In this document: piece after piece, positions 24,196 to 37,185 of the stretch
Numbering within the stretch: the first letter of the stretch is position 1
Layout: each line of letters starts with the position of its first letter
Assembly: GCA_004022145.1 (NCBI GenBank)
Contig: RCNU01000023.1
Source of the DNA: Paecilomyces variotii
Lineage: Eukaryota
DNA: 64,000 nt
Direction: 5' to 3' (one strand)
The notes under the pieces: model-generated
What the model saw: the letters and a program-made list of their open reading frames with translations, nothing else
Told to the model about the DNA's origin: nothing
The model's database searches: none
Program-made: the position numbers and the translations under genes

Positions 24196-25478
24196 CTTGC
24201 GAATCCTCCCCCGGGCAACAGCTCAAATCCACGCGGAGAGCACTCGCACTTGCGCCATGGAGCCCTCTCAGCCTTTTGTAATTTGTAGCCCCTTTCCGGG
24301 CCGTGAAGTTCCGGGGGATCGGGCGGGTCAGCGGGCTAGACAGCTCGCACGGGCAGCGATCTTGTGATAGAACCGAACTTCTAGTGGGGAGCTGCAAATA
24401 AGAGGCGCATTGGTATATGAAGATTGTTTCTTCCTCCCAGAGTCGCAGACACAACCGGTAGGACTATTGGCTCCCAGTCTTACCGAATCAAGCCACGTGC
24501 ACAGCCGGGAATATCCTCTTCTTTTGCCCGAATCAGTATCTATGGCAGAGAAAAAGATCGTTTGCTGCACGGTCAATCTCACTTCTAAATTTTCTGTTGG
24601 TGGCTCGATGACGCCTGTGATGCAGGTAGGGATCATAGGACGTGGAAGCCACCCCTCGGATCTAGAATTGAACAGAGCCGTTGAGCGTCTTCGATCGCTC
24701 AAAGAATTGTCGTGATAGTTATATCGATTGCTGTTCTCCTTCCACTTAGGAACGCTGACTGGTGTTTCCACTAACTAATTAACTAATTAGTTAGTCATTG
24801 GGACAACCGCCACGCCTAGCAATCTGCCAGTGAGTTGTCGCATCCGGAAGATGCAGAAAGCGAGAGAAAAAACCTCCTCAATCCGAATCATCCTTAGCGA
24901 TACGTCACTCGGTTTCCATCCGAGGGATCCCGCTTCGGTTGTCCCAATTTGCCAACCAGGCGGGCTTTGCTTGCCTAGATAAACATAAACCTGAAAAAAA
25001 GAACTCTCCGCATGCGTTCATCGAGAGAACCGATTTTCCCGAGGGGATGAACTACGCGTCTGGAGGTTTCCAAGACAATCCCACCCCCACAGCTGGTGTC
25101 ATTATCGGAGTTCTTAGGCGTCTATCAAAATGAATGACGACCTCATCTTCTGGGCACCGAGACTTCTCCGAAGTCGAGTCACGTGGGCTGTCTCGTGGAG
25201 ATGCACAGCGATATTATTCTTACTCTTCTCGGTGACCAGAATTTAATAATATTCGGGGCTCACTAGAGCTGGATTACATTAAACGGCGGTCCAAATAGAA
25301 TTCATTAGCCTTCGTTAGTCCACAGATTGCCGTATCCTCTGAGCCTCTCCCTTACATTTAATATTAGCTGGGGAGATGTATGGAGACTCTTCGCTCCACT
25401 ATCACGCAGGGATTTTCTGGCGACTTGGTTCTCTTGAAACGTCTTATACCGCACGGTTCATGATCCATTAATATTAAG

Positions 25479-25510
25479 AAAAAAAAAAAAAAAAAGAAAA
25501 AAAAAAAAAA
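25479..25510. repeat. Poly(A) tract, about 31 nt with one G
   Basis: Direct reading. Confidence 0.9.
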
Positions 25511-25711
25511 TAGTTTGATAATCGATAGACCAGAATCAAATCCATATGTACTGTACATTGGGCTCAGCCCTGGTTCTCATCTGGTTTAGAACAAACATAT
25601 CTATGTGGAGCATTAGCCTCCTGTCCTACACATCATGTTCTTTAGTTCGTTAACTAATAATACTTAGTTTGTATGTTTCTTTTATTAAGCCTTGCGCCTT
25701 GGGAACCATCG

Positions 25712-26313
25712 CTAGTGCAGAGCACAAGAGTTTTCAGAATCATCATCGCAATCAAGTCCGGTCAAGATCCATGCCTCTGGCGGCAACAAATCTGCGGTTT
25801 CTCCCCGTACATCCCACCACAGCTCTTTCTGAGAGATGATCTGTTCGATAGCTATGTCCTTAATCGATTCTGGTGTTCCAATAGGCAGGAGGCGTCGATA
25901 GCCGGTGACGAACCGCTGGGCGTCAAGTATATCAGTAAGCTGCTTTAGACGTTGGCAGTATCTTCGAGAGCACTCCGGGAGAGAAATTGGAAGCAAATGC
26001 TCGGAAGGCATAGTGTATGCATGGTAGCCATCCATGGAGATCCAAATGCTATAGCTGACAGAAGCTGACAAGCAATGTCAAAAGTGCCCGGCTGGTCAAG
26101 ACGTTCTGCGTGCCATCGCTGTTCAGATAGGTGGGCAATACCATTCCATAATCTGTTCTTGACGGCTTGGATATTCTTACTCACAATGCATAGCCGTTCT
26201 CCATCCTCATCGGAGCTTATACGAGTCATGACTCGTTCGGTGACAGACTTTCCGTCGAGATGATGAGGAACATTTGCCAGTGCAACTTCATCCTCTGTTG
26301 GCTCTGGTAGGCT
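25712..26313 (-). pseudogene. Truncated, frameshifted remnant of a fungal hypothetical-protein gene
   Basis: The protein-like segment LPEPTEDEVALANVP..ERVMTRISSDEDGERLCIVSKNIQAVKNRLWNGIAHLSEQRW..DIACQLLSA starts right after a stop. It switches frame near 26050 to IWISMDGY..RRYCQRLK..EAWI with no usable intron. Confidence 0.45.
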
Positions 26314-26967
26314 TCATTGTTTTCCATTTGGGGAGTCTCCGCCACATGCAGGACTCGGGAAAATGACGATTGTTTGCGGTTCAAATGAGTCGATGGAGTC
26401 CGCCATTGAGAGAAAAAACGTTAATCAGTGAATGCATAGGGCGCGCTCACCAACTAACAAGTCCTTACTCTCGCGGTGCACCCTGGAGACTGGAACAAAG
26501 GAGCTGCTAGTAGGGGTCTTTGATGGTTGCATCCTTACCAACTTGAATTGGAGGCGCGTTCTAGCAGGCTAGAAGCGGGCATTATTGTCTACAGACAGAC
26601 ATGTCTATCCAGTACGGAGACTGGTTTCCCCTTTAGTTACTCTTTTCGTGATGCATAAGGGACCAAGAATAATAATAATGTCGATTATTCTGTACATAGA
26701 ATCCCCAAAATAGCATACTTATGTAAGATGGTCTCGGCTTTTGTCGCGTCATCTGGGCTTCGGGCCGGCTCTTCGGATAAGTAGTACATAATCTACTAGT
26801 TCAATAATCCATCGAATTCACTGTTGCTAATGCCCCGCACGCATGCTGGCATCGTACATTGTCAATATTGGAATGCAACGAGGATCCCATGGCACGGGAG
26901 ATCCGGTAACACGTCCTATCAGTATAGTATTCTTACACGAAGGAATCGATATACATCCCCATTGACA

Positions 26968-28174
26968 ATGAGCACCTCGACAGCGCCAATCCATCAGCCT
27001 GGTACCGCGGATGGTTGGCATGGCGTCATTCGACCGGATAGTGAATACCCCCCGGAGAAGGGCCGTTATCACCTTTACATCGGTGCGTCCTCGTCTTTTC
27101 AAACTGGACTTCTTGTCTCATAATATATGAAAAACAAATAACACTTGCTACCGTAGGCCTTTTCTGCCCCTTCGCCCACCGTGCCAACATTGTCCGCCAC
27201 TTGAAAGGATTGACGGACATAATCGACATCTCTATAGTTTGCCCTTATCCAAAGGGCGATTCAAAGGGTTGGCCGGGATGGAGATTCCCAAAGACTGACG
27301 ACGAATACCCCAACGCCACAGTGGATAAGCTCTTTGGCAGTGAATACATGCATGAGGTCTACTTCAAAGCAGATAAGGAGTACAAGGGAAGATACTCGGT
27401 TCCTTTACTCTGGGATACAAAAACAAACACAGCAGTCAACAATGTGAGCTAAAACTCCTGAGCATGAGGAAGAGTTGAGGGAATTAATCCATCGAACAGG
27501 AAAGTGCAGAGCTTCTTCGATGGCTTCCGACTGCGTTCAACTCATTGATTTCCCCAGAACTTGCCAAGATCGATCTCTACCCCCAGCATCTTCGCTCACA
27601 AATTGACAGCATTTCAGAGTGGATGCAGCGTGATTTGAACACTGGCGTGTACAAAGCTGGCTTTGCAAACTCCCAGGAAGAATACGACAAAAACGTGATT
27701 CCTGTCTTCGGCTCATTGAACAAATTGGAGGAAATCGTAGCCAATAATGGCGGCCCATTCGTACTTGGCAAAGAGTTGACTGAACTGGACATCCGCCTGT
27801 ATGCAACCCTGATTCGCTTCGATACCGTCTACGTGCAGCACTTCAAATGCAACCTGGGGACCATACGCCATGACTATCCAGTGCTCAACAATTGGCTCAA
27901 GCACATGTACTGGAATATTCCTGCATGTAAAGAGACAACGGACTTCAAACATATCAAGGAAAACGTAAGTCCCTTTTCTTTCGCGGATATGCAATCGTTG
28001 TGCTGATACTTTTGGCGGCAGTATACAAAGAGTCACTATGACATCAACCCGAAAGCCATCACACCAATGGGTCCGTTTCCCGACGTCGAAGAAGGTGTAG
28101 AAACCGACATTTCAAAGCTTAGAATCGGTGGAGTCAAATTATCAGCAGTGCTTGAATACCAGGCCAAGCTATAG
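26968..28174 (+). CDS. Omega-like glutathione transferase / glutathionyl-hydroquinone reductase (Ecm4/Gto family), 4 exons
   Basis: PPEKGRYHLYIG|LFCPFAHR, RYSVPLLWD, NN|ESAE, NTGVYKAGFA, LYATLIRFDTVYVQHFKCN and FKHIKEN|YTKSHYDINP. Ends QAKL*. Confidence 0.93.
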
Positions 28175-28344
28175 CAGCATACATGGACCCCCGATGGATG
28201 AGCTACATTATTCTCAATACGAGAGATCGCCCACAAATCTGCGAATTAAGACATGAATTAACACAAGGAACTCTTAAAAGACATAATGTCAATCTTTTAC
28301 GTATATATAACTCGATGTTCTAGCTTGAGACCCTTTGCTAAGCC

Positions 28345-29307
28345 TCAGACGGATATTGAACCAGTTGCTAAAATATAGCCGCCATCCACCACAATAGTGG
28401 CACCATTCAGGTACTGGTTGGTAGCAGTAAAGATAGTTGCACTAGCCATATCACGTTCATGCCCAGGCCTCCCAGCGGGAACCACACCCACCATCATCTC
28501 CTTCGGCAGATGACTCTTATTCTTATCGTCACTACTCATAGCAGTCATCTCGCTAGGAAAGACACCAGGGGCGATTTGATTGACGCGGATTTTCAACCCA
28601 GAATTCGATATTTCGTAAGCCAGCATTTTCGTGAGGTGGACAGCTCCGGCCTTGGACGTATTATAGGCGAAATGATCCTGTGTCACCTTTACAATGCCCG
28701 AGATCGAGCTTGTGTTGATCACTGTACTACTCCATGCGTATCTCTTGTCGCTGCCTTTCTGAAGCAACGGCAGAAATGCAGTAGTCATGAAGTAGAGATG
28801 GCTGACATTGGTCCGATAAATCGCATCCCAGTCTGCAAAGGTTGCCGTTTCATTTTCAAATAAGCTCTTGCGCAGTTCCTCGGGCTTCTTAAGATTCGCC
28901 GTTTGAGACTGCCCTGCAATGCCAGCCGTGTTCATCAATATGTCCAGGTGGTCTTCGTGAGACGAGAAGGTCTTGACAAGATTCGCGATGGATTTCTTGC
29001 ACGTTATATCGGCAGTTAGTGGAATGATCTTTCCATCTATATTCTTGCCATAGAGCTCAGCAACTCTATCGAGCTTGTCTTCGGTGCGTCCGACGATATA
29101 TACTCTGGCACCGTTCACTGCAAGAGCTTGCGCTTGCATCAAGGCGATCCCGGTGCCGGCACCAGACACAATTGCGACTGCACAATAGTCAGTAGTGGGA
29201 TATGTAACATATCCAGATTACCGAATTTATGAACCTCTGCCTTTGACATCGAACAGGTTGGTGAGTCTCAATGACGCGTTGCTATCTTGAGCTCCTTGAG
29301 CAGCCAT
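28345..29307 (-). CDS. Short-chain dehydrogenase/reductase (classical), 2 exons
   Basis: LFDVKGR|VAIVSGAGTGIA, NTAGI, SSISG, YNTSK, VNQIAPGVFPSEMT and VVDGG. Confidence 0.9.
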
Positions 29308-30417
29308 TTTGAATACAAAAACAAAATCATATGTATAGCAAAATAATAGTCAGGTTTGAATTCATGCTATAGAAGCAAGAGCAAGGACTATGAAGTAATT
29401 ATATTTTGTCTACGTGTTAATGTGTTCAAAATGACGTGGGCTTTCGATGCCCTTACATTAGCAAAGTATTACTCGGAATAGACATATTCTTCTACCCAGA
29501 GCTGGTACTCGGCAGGATATAAACGGAATAAATGACCGAGTGCTACTATTTGCTAGTCCATCGTGTAGCAGAATTATGAATTCTCTGTTAGGGATAATAC
29601 GTATATCTCAGGTCTACTAATCCAGTTGATAAGCCGTGAACACCGGATACAGAGCCGGGTCGAAGATGTTTCTAAAAGCATTTTGAGGATTATAACATAA
29701 CATTGAGTAAGGATTCTTCTAACTTCAATCACCGCAGACCACTCGGAAGTATAAGTGGCCGCGAATCATGTTGAAGACCAATATTAGACGCAGCCGAGCA
29801 GTCACGGCCCTCGTGATATGCACGGTACCATCAACTATTTATTCTTATTTAGTGGACTATGTTTCTATACACCGATCAGCCTATTACGCAGTTGAAAGCA
29901 TGTACAGCAATCACTAATAGTGATAAGATGTTCAGAAGGCCCAACTTGTTCCTGACGTCACTGTCTGATAGCACTCGAGATGTCTTGTAAATGTGCTTGA
30001 GCGCTGCATTGTGTAGCCAGATCTTCTGTCAACATCTTTGACCATTCTAGGTAACATACGTAGCACAGATGTTGAAGTAAAGCTTTTGATTACGTTGGAT
30101 GTGATGTGGAAATTGGGCTTTCATTGAAGAAGTGGTGTATACCCTGCATACTCTGTCTTAACGCCTACAGCGAGCTACATCCCCAGTAAATTAAAGGAAT
30201 ATCATGTGTGTTCTGGTTCCTCGTAGAAAGAGGTAACATCCATTGAAATTTAATGAGTCGGTCGAGACTAAGGTCCTAATCTAGGAAGCGATCAAGATAT
30301 GTGCAATCACTGACTGTCCTCTATATACAAAGATTTTTTATATTGAAGGGGGAAAAAAATATCTTTCTTTTCTTTGGCAACACCAGGGACCGAAATTATT
30401 CAGTAGTACGGTCTGAT

Positions 30418-32606
30418 TCATTCTTCAATAACGATTCTTCCTTCAGCCTTGGGTGCGATTCCTGCAGTCCATGGAGGCGTGAATTCTGCGCCCACATCGT
30501 CCACACAATCAGGGACATCCTTCTTGAGACCTGCATGTCTCATCCATTTGCGAACCACCGAGCGCACAAGGTGCAACTTATATTCCTCCTCCGCCGCTGA
30601 CTTTGCGTTCGATGTCACGTAATTGATTTCCGATTGGCTGTCTGTGAGTATTTCAGGATCGGAGTCCGAGTCCGAGTCCATATCGACCTGATCTCCGTCC
30701 AACTCTGCTTCGATGCCCGCGGGAGGTCGATAGCGCCCATAATAATAACGCGTACTTGAGTTGCGAACAAAAGTTGGACGCTTCGGCTTTGTCTCAACAA
30801 CCGGTGACGGCGTTGCTGACGGAGGTCTCAACCAGTCATCGCCATGTAGCTTCTGATGTACGGCATCCCAGTGTCGATCCAGGCTGCTACTCCAGTGCCG
30901 CCATTTGCCAAGAATCTTCAAACTGAGGAAGTACTGTCGGATAATGGTGCTGATCATGACACCGTTCTCTTCACACACGAGCTCCTCGGCCTCACCTCCT
31001 TCGGACTTTGCCAGCAAAGACATAAACCCATCCTTTCCACGAGCCATATAACCTCTTGTTGCCACGATATAATCCTTCTGTAGATTTAAATCCTTTCCTC
31101 CAACTTGAGCGAACGTGATTCTAGAACCTGGTGGAGCAGAGGGTTTAAAGCCGAAACGTATATTCGATACCTGCGGAAACCTGCCTTCCAATGCAGGGAC
31201 TAGGCTAACACCATTCTCGAGAGCATCCATGAGCGCCTGTCCCTTTATTTTCAGAAGTACCACCGGATCTTCGAAAGGAAAGCAGTTAAGTATATCTTTA
31301 AGCCGAAGGACCCCCGGCGGGTAGATTTGATCACCTCGTATGGTTCCTGCAGCCATCAGTGCACAGTCCGCGTTATGATAGAAGCGCATCAGATCGCAAA
31401 CAAAGTTCCCGATATTCGACTCTCTCGCACGAATTGTCTTGAAGCGTGCATCTAGAGGTTTAGAGGTATACCCTATTGGCTTCTCAAGTTTTGCTTTGAG
31501 GCTTGAAGTAAGCTTCCGGACAAGGGAAACGGTTGCTGGGTCTTCCGGTATAGCCCTCATAATGTCCCTTCTTGTTATGCTGAAATCCCAACCACCCGTG
31601 TCTTTTCGCCATGCTTCGATATAACTCAGCTGCTTGAAATCCGTGCCAGAGCGCAGAATATGGATGGAATTAAGGATTGAATGGGCATAATAATGATCGT
31701 GACCGCCAAGTATGATGTCGATCAAGCCCGGCGGCATGTTCTCTGCCAGCTTATTATCGTTGGGCTCACGCTGATGAGTAAGAGCGATGATAATATCTGC
31801 TCCTTGAGCACGCAGTTCAGGGACGAGTTCTTTGGCTGTCTCAGTGGCGGACTTGTATATAATATCGGGGGGAAGGGAGTTTATCGTGTCCAGCCTGTAA
31901 AGTGATTTGAATTAGTGTCATTTCCATCAAAGCATGGGAATCAGAGGCTTGCCATTCGCGTTCACCCAATCCGATAAGACCGATTTTTATCCCGTTTGAC
32001 GAAGTCAGCATCCACGATTTCTCGCAGTGGGCCAGCGGTACATTCTCGCCCAGAGCCGGGTCGAGAACGTTGGCGAGCAGCCACGGAAACTTGCATTGGC
32101 CCTTCAGGTGCTCCAACTGCGCGACGCCGAAGTCGAAATCATGGTTCTACGGCAGATCAGTTCCTGCTCCATGTCTGTAGTCCCAATGGGATGTGATTGA
32201 TGGTGGACACGGGAGGCATACTCACACCTACGCACGCCACATCGGTACCGGCGTTATTGAGAAATGGGATCATATGCCGCCCCTTTGTGACAGTACTTTC
32301 CAAGCATGGGTTCAATGCGTCGCCAGAGAAAAAGGTGAGGATATCAGGCTGTCCGGTAAAACGGGGATCAGAGCGGTAGAAATTCACAACGGACTGGAAA
32401 CGGGCAACACCACCAGCTGGTTCCGCAGATCCTGCTCTTCCTCGAATGTCAGTATCGCCCTGGCGGTCTTATCCTCGATCATATGAAACAAGGAGAACGT
32501 ACTCGACGTGGTAAACATCATTGTAGTGGAGTAGGCGCAGGTCCGGCGGACCCTTCCTGTTGCACGAGTATGTGATCGAAAGACCAGCCGATTCCACCTC
32601 TGACAT
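30418..32606 (-). CDS. 5'-nucleotidase (metallophosphoesterase plus 5'-nucleotidase C domain), 4 exons
   Basis: LLHYNDVYH, FSGD, G|NHDFDFG, LGGHDH, SGTDF, ESNIGNFVCD, GTIRGD, PFED and GRFPQVS. The third intron is GC-AG (31952-31895). Confidence 0.92.
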
Positions 32607-33467
32607 CTTCAACATCCGCAGCTGGGTGTTTCCGTGCGATTAAGGAATGAGGGAAACGGCGCGTTAGAGTTCGAGCTCTAAGCTTCATGCGCGTTGGCAG
32701 TTGAGAGTTTGCAACAGGTCAACCCCGCCGGGACGATAGGAAGTATCAGTTCGATATGTGCTAGCGGGTTATTAGCACCGCTGACACCGGATCTTGGACG
32801 ATTCCCCCGGATTGTAACAATGAATGAGTAAAATAAAAATAAAAGAAAGACTGAGACAGAGTCGAGGTCGAAGAGCGTCACGGTCACTGCTCATCGCGGG
32901 GAGCTCTGATGGACCAGGACCGACACTCGCCACCGGGCCAATGGGATGCCAAGGTTTAACTATGTAACATCCGGCCGAGGATCGGGAGTGTTAATCAATG
33001 AAGAATTAATATTAATATATAATAATGCTTGACGAATTCAACGCCTTGGTCTTACTATTCACTAGAATTGCGACCCCATTGCCAGCCTGCTGTATTCTTT
33101 GCAGTTCACTATGAAATATCAGCTGTACATACAAGAGCCACGGCATGCTACTCACATGCAAACAAGCAAGTCCACGAGTCCCAAGAGATCAGTGTGAACA
33201 AGCAGAACATTGGAAAATTATAATTATGATGCATTATTTACACAGGATATGTGGTATAATTCGTGCGTATCACCATCAGTCGTAATCGTCATCACTTCCA
33301 GAGCAAGAAGAAAAAAGGCTGCGCAACCCGGCATTATTGACGGAATCGCGAGCAGCTAGATTTCAGGGACCACAATATCACAACTGAGAGAGAGGAGGTG
33401 GTACAAGATAATCTGCAGCAATCCAGGTGGAAAAACCCGGCAATTATCATATAAAGCAGACTGGGTA

Positions 33468-35480
33468 TCAACGGCGGCGTTCAGTGACCGTCCATCTACG
33501 CTTCAGGCCGAGTTCACCATCATTGATCATCGGTGCACTACCCCAGAGACCTCGCTGGGATCTGGTACGCTCCGGCATTCGCTGCGACCATGTTCCCTGT
33601 TTCCCTTGAAGTGCGTTTGCGTCTCCGTCTGGTTGAGTCTTGTCGCCTGGTGCAGGTTTCGGATCTCCAAAGTCAGGCACGATATCGTCCCCTGACTCGG
33701 ATGCGCCGCCATTTGCCAAGGTAGAAGCCCATAAGCCGGAAGATCCACGGTTAACCGGACTCGGACGTGATTCGGAGCTGGATGCTCGCTGGCTAGTGTA
33801 ACTGCGCGTTGCGGACTCGCCAATGGTGCTAGTGTCGACTTTTGTAGATGCTCGTGAACTAACACGGTGACGGTAAGAAGGCACTGCAGGTATAGACATA
33901 GGGACTTTGGGAGAAGACGGCCTCTGAGGTGGTGCAGCAGTAGGTGCTGCACGAAAATGATCGGTGGATGCGACTATCTTAACATCATATTCTTGGGATA
34001 AGGGGACATCGGCTGTGGAGTTTTTAGCCTCACTACCTTCTGTCGCGAACGAAGGGCCCTTGTATACAGCCATCGTAATAGATGCCATGGGCACATCTAG
34101 AAGCACGGGCTTGTTCGTCAATGCTCCGATTAGAGCATTGCATCCTGCGCCATGGGTTACCAAAACCAATACTGTGTCTGTGTTATCCTCCTCACTCGCC
34201 ACAGGCTCTGTATTTGCATGCTTTTCACAGCGGGACTCACGGCGCTCCCGCTCAGCGGAATGATGCGTTCGGTACCAGTCGACCATCTTCTGAAGTCCGT
34301 TGCGGAACCTCGTATGCATAGAGCTCCATTCTTCTCCATATTCGCCACCATCGCCCCAGTTGTACGGCTCTCGCATGCTGTCCCATTGATAATCGACATC
34401 CACGCATGCGTCCCTAGCATGAGCCACGTAGCCAGGTGGGATCGGTTCTGACGTCGAAACGGCATATGTTGGGGTGGGTGGAACATAGCCATGGCTAGCG
34501 GAGATATCGCTGTCTGTTGACAGCCGGGGGAGTAAGCCTCTGCCAATACCGGCAAGATTGAAGGGCCCGTCATAGCTGCCAGCCCGATGTCTTTGTCCGA
34601 GTGCAAAGCTCATTGCTGAGTTATATCTTGTTGGATCGTTTCCATCTCCTTCAGGAGATATAGGGGTCGAAGAGCTACCCCAGCCACCAGGGAAGTGTCC
34701 AGAAATCGATTTCGCGTGACCATCGTGCCGGGGAATGTCCTCGCCCCGTCGTAATAACTCAGCTTTTGCGCCCGTCACCATGATCAAAGAATTAGGAGGG
34801 GAAATAATCTGGTCATAATAGTCGGGGCAGAGCCACTCGCCCAAGAATGCATCCACGCGCAGGAGTATCCTGTCGTCACTTCTGACCAGATCCCGTTCAT
34901 GTTTGGCCTCCCCTTTATCCACGGCAGCAGTGGCCGAACTGTCCGAACTATCCATCGGCTGCGAAATATGTGACGAGACTGCAGATGAGCTTACATCCGA
35001 ATTGCTCGATGATTTCGAGTCTGACGGTTTCGATGCCGCAGAAGCGCCTCTGTACTGACTCATGCCCGCACTAATGCCAATGCTGGTCTGCAGACAGCGT
35101 AGGAATGGCGACGTGTGAACGACGACCTTAGATTTTCTCCGACGTGCCTTTCGGGCCTTTGTACCACAGGAGCCATCAGCTTCACATGAAGCACAGGTGC
35201 TCGGATTGTCCACTGCGTTGTGTGTCTGCGGCTGTGAGTCATCGGTTTCGTCCTCCCGGGTTTCGAGTAGATTGGCAATGCGCGCACCTATGGCGCGCGA
35301 CTGTAGCCATCCTCCGTAAGACAATGGCGGGTCGTATGGGGTCGAAGAAGAGTGGTGCCATTGATTATCCACAGCGTCCAGACGAGAGCCATGTCTGCAA
35401 AAAAGGTTAGCGATGATGGGTGTCTCTCGGGACAATATCACGCACCTAACGATAAAAATGACGGCGGGTGGCTTTCCCAT
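33468..35480 (-). CDS. Phosphoglycerate mutase (histidine phosphatase) family protein, 2 exons
   Basis: MGKPPAVIFIVR|HGSRLD, YDPPL, HTSPFLRCLQT, LGEW and LVTHGAGCNAL. Confidence 0.88.
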   Translation of the reverse strand: MGKPPAVIFIVRCVILSRETPIIANLFCRHGSRLDAVDNQWHHSSSTPYDPPLSYGGWLQSRAIGARIANLLETREDETDDSQPQTHNAVDNPSTCASCEADGSCGTKARKARRRKSKVVVHTSPFLRCLQTSIGISAGMSQYRGASAASKPSDSKSSSNSDVSSSAVSSHISQPMDSSDSSATAAVDKGEAKHERDLVRSDDRILLRVDAFLGEWLCPDYYDQIISPPNSLIMVTGAKAELLRRGEDIPRHDGHAKSISGHFPGGWGSSSTPISPEGDGNDPTRYNSAMSFALGQRHRAGSYDGPFNLAGIGRGLLPRLSTDSDISASHGYVPPTPTYAVSTSEPIPPGYVAHARDACVDVDYQWDSMREPYNWGDGGEYGEEWSSMHTRFRNGLQKMVDWYRTHHSAERERRESRCEKHANTEPVASEEDNTDTVLVLVTHGAGCNALIGALTNKPVLLDVPMASITMAVYKGPSFATEGSEAKNSTADVPLSQEYDVKIVASTDHFRAAPTAAPPQRPSSPKVPMSIPAVPSYRHRVSSRASTKVDTSTIGESATRSYTSQRASSSESRPSPVNRGSSGLWASTLANGGASESGDDIVPDFGDPKPAPGDKTQPDGDANALQGKQGTWSQRMPERTRSQRGLWGSAPMINDGELGLKRRWTVTERRR

Positions 35481-36228
35481 GGCGTTACTTCTCTCCTGAT
35501 GCATCTTCAAAGTAGCAGGGTTCCGTCCCAGCAGTCTTTTAGGACCCAAACACGTTGCGGAGGCACGTCTTAGTTAAGAACAGCCCGCGGGGTAGCTGCG
35601 TGTTGCAGGAGCCCAGGGAGACCAAGTCATCGCTCCAGGGTCGTCATCGCGAAATAAGCCATGAGACGGATCTCGCTGTCAGCTGCTTTAGATGGAGGAC
35701 CTTAGTTAGACAGAGAATGATATGAGCCGGATAAAGAATAATAATAATAATGAATGGACGCGATGTTGATCTTTGGTGTTTGCAAACAAGAATGTCACTG
35801 GAGCTAAATTTTCACATGTGATGACTGATTATGTAACTTCTCCCCGCTCTCGCCGATTTGGGTCATTTTGATTCTCCCCGGCTTCTTCGGCTTCCTTGGG
35901 CGAGCAGTAGATATTGATCTTTACGAAGATACAGTCATACCTTTATCATGTAGACCCGGCAAAGGAGAAAAGAAAAAGAAAAAGAAAACCGCAAATGGAA
36001 TCGTAGTTTGCGTACTTAATGTAGTGAGGGTCAACCGTCTCTTCTGGCCAACCGCTTATATTTGTTCTTCTTGCCGGATTCTTATAAGAGTATGTAGTAT
36101 GAACATTATTTTAAATCATGTAGTTAAATCCTACTTGGACCTATCGTCTAATTTAACCAGCACAGCAAGCAAATTAAGTAATAGTCTAATAATATGCAAG
36201 CTAGTTATGCAGTCCTTCACAGCACAAG

Positions 36229-36255
36229 CAATAATAATAATAATAATAATAATAA
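36229..36255. repeat. (AAT)n microsatellite
   Basis: Direct reading. Confidence 0.9.
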
Positions 36256-36280
36256 ATTCTCCTCCACAAGTCGAAGGCTA

Positions 36281-36717
36281 ACGTAATTCCCTACCGACCT
36301 GATCACCCGCCCGACCTGATCAGTGCTGTATGATATATAAAAGAGCCTCTTTTCAGACCTGAATATCTCAACAACCACAAACCTAATGAATATAATAATT
36401 AATATGTAGCTTCTTATAATAGTATATTTATATATAGTAAAGTCTCAGATTCTAAAAATTATCAGTTATTTAGGTAATATAAATTACAATCGTAATTTTA
36501 ATAAATATATTACCTTTGAAATATCTTGAGAAGACTTATGTCTAAGTAAATAAAATTCAGCATATATATTCTAAGCAATATATATTTCATATATATTCAT
36601 TCTTATAATCTCTAGGTAGTTGGTTGTTGAGATATTCAGGTCTGAAAAGAGGCTCTTTTGTATGTAATACGGCACTGATCAGGTCGGGCGGGTGATCAGG
36701 TCGGTAGGGAATTACGT
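36281..36717. mobile_element. 437-bp non-autonomous pogo/Fot1-type (Tc1-mariner) MITE with about 97-bp TIRs and TA target-site duplication
   Basis: TA|ACGTAATTCCCTACCGACCTGATC... and ...GATCAGGTCGGTAGGGAATTACGT|TA. TIRs 36281-36377 and 36621-36717 show 4 mismatches. Each TIR contains CCGACCTGATCA twice. The core is AT-rich and non-coding. Confidence 0.95.
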
Positions 36718-37185
36718 TAAAGAAGGTGCTGACTAATTCCCTGTGTTGGCGGACATAAAAAAGATGATTATCTCCGGATTCTGGCACGATTTATACAGAC
36801 TTACTAATATCCAAGAGGCGACTAACTATCACCAATTTAAAATCCAAACTTGACGGGCCCAATAGAAATGGGTTTTGAGGGGAGCATCCGACAATCGGAC
36901 GTTTTTAGACCCGTAGAGATCTGAAAACGTGTATCTAACATTCCAACTTGGGCAGTTACCTACTCCACTGGGGCGAGCGGGGTCCTACTTTAATTTGTAA
37001 AGAGAAGAAGAAATGGAAAGTGAAGAAGCTATATAGCTACAGTAAGTCTGTCACTACTACAGATCCTCTATTATTATTAAAGCAGGTCCAAACTCTAAAA
37101 CATTTCCCTCGATCAATAACCACCTTTCCCTTCCCACGGTCTAACAACTCGTTAATACGCACATCCACATCCAGAAACCTCAGCC

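Noticed and set aside
24770-24795. Inverted repeat ACTAACTAATT-aact-AATTAGTTAGT
   Set aside because: Low-complexity and short, with no supporting context.
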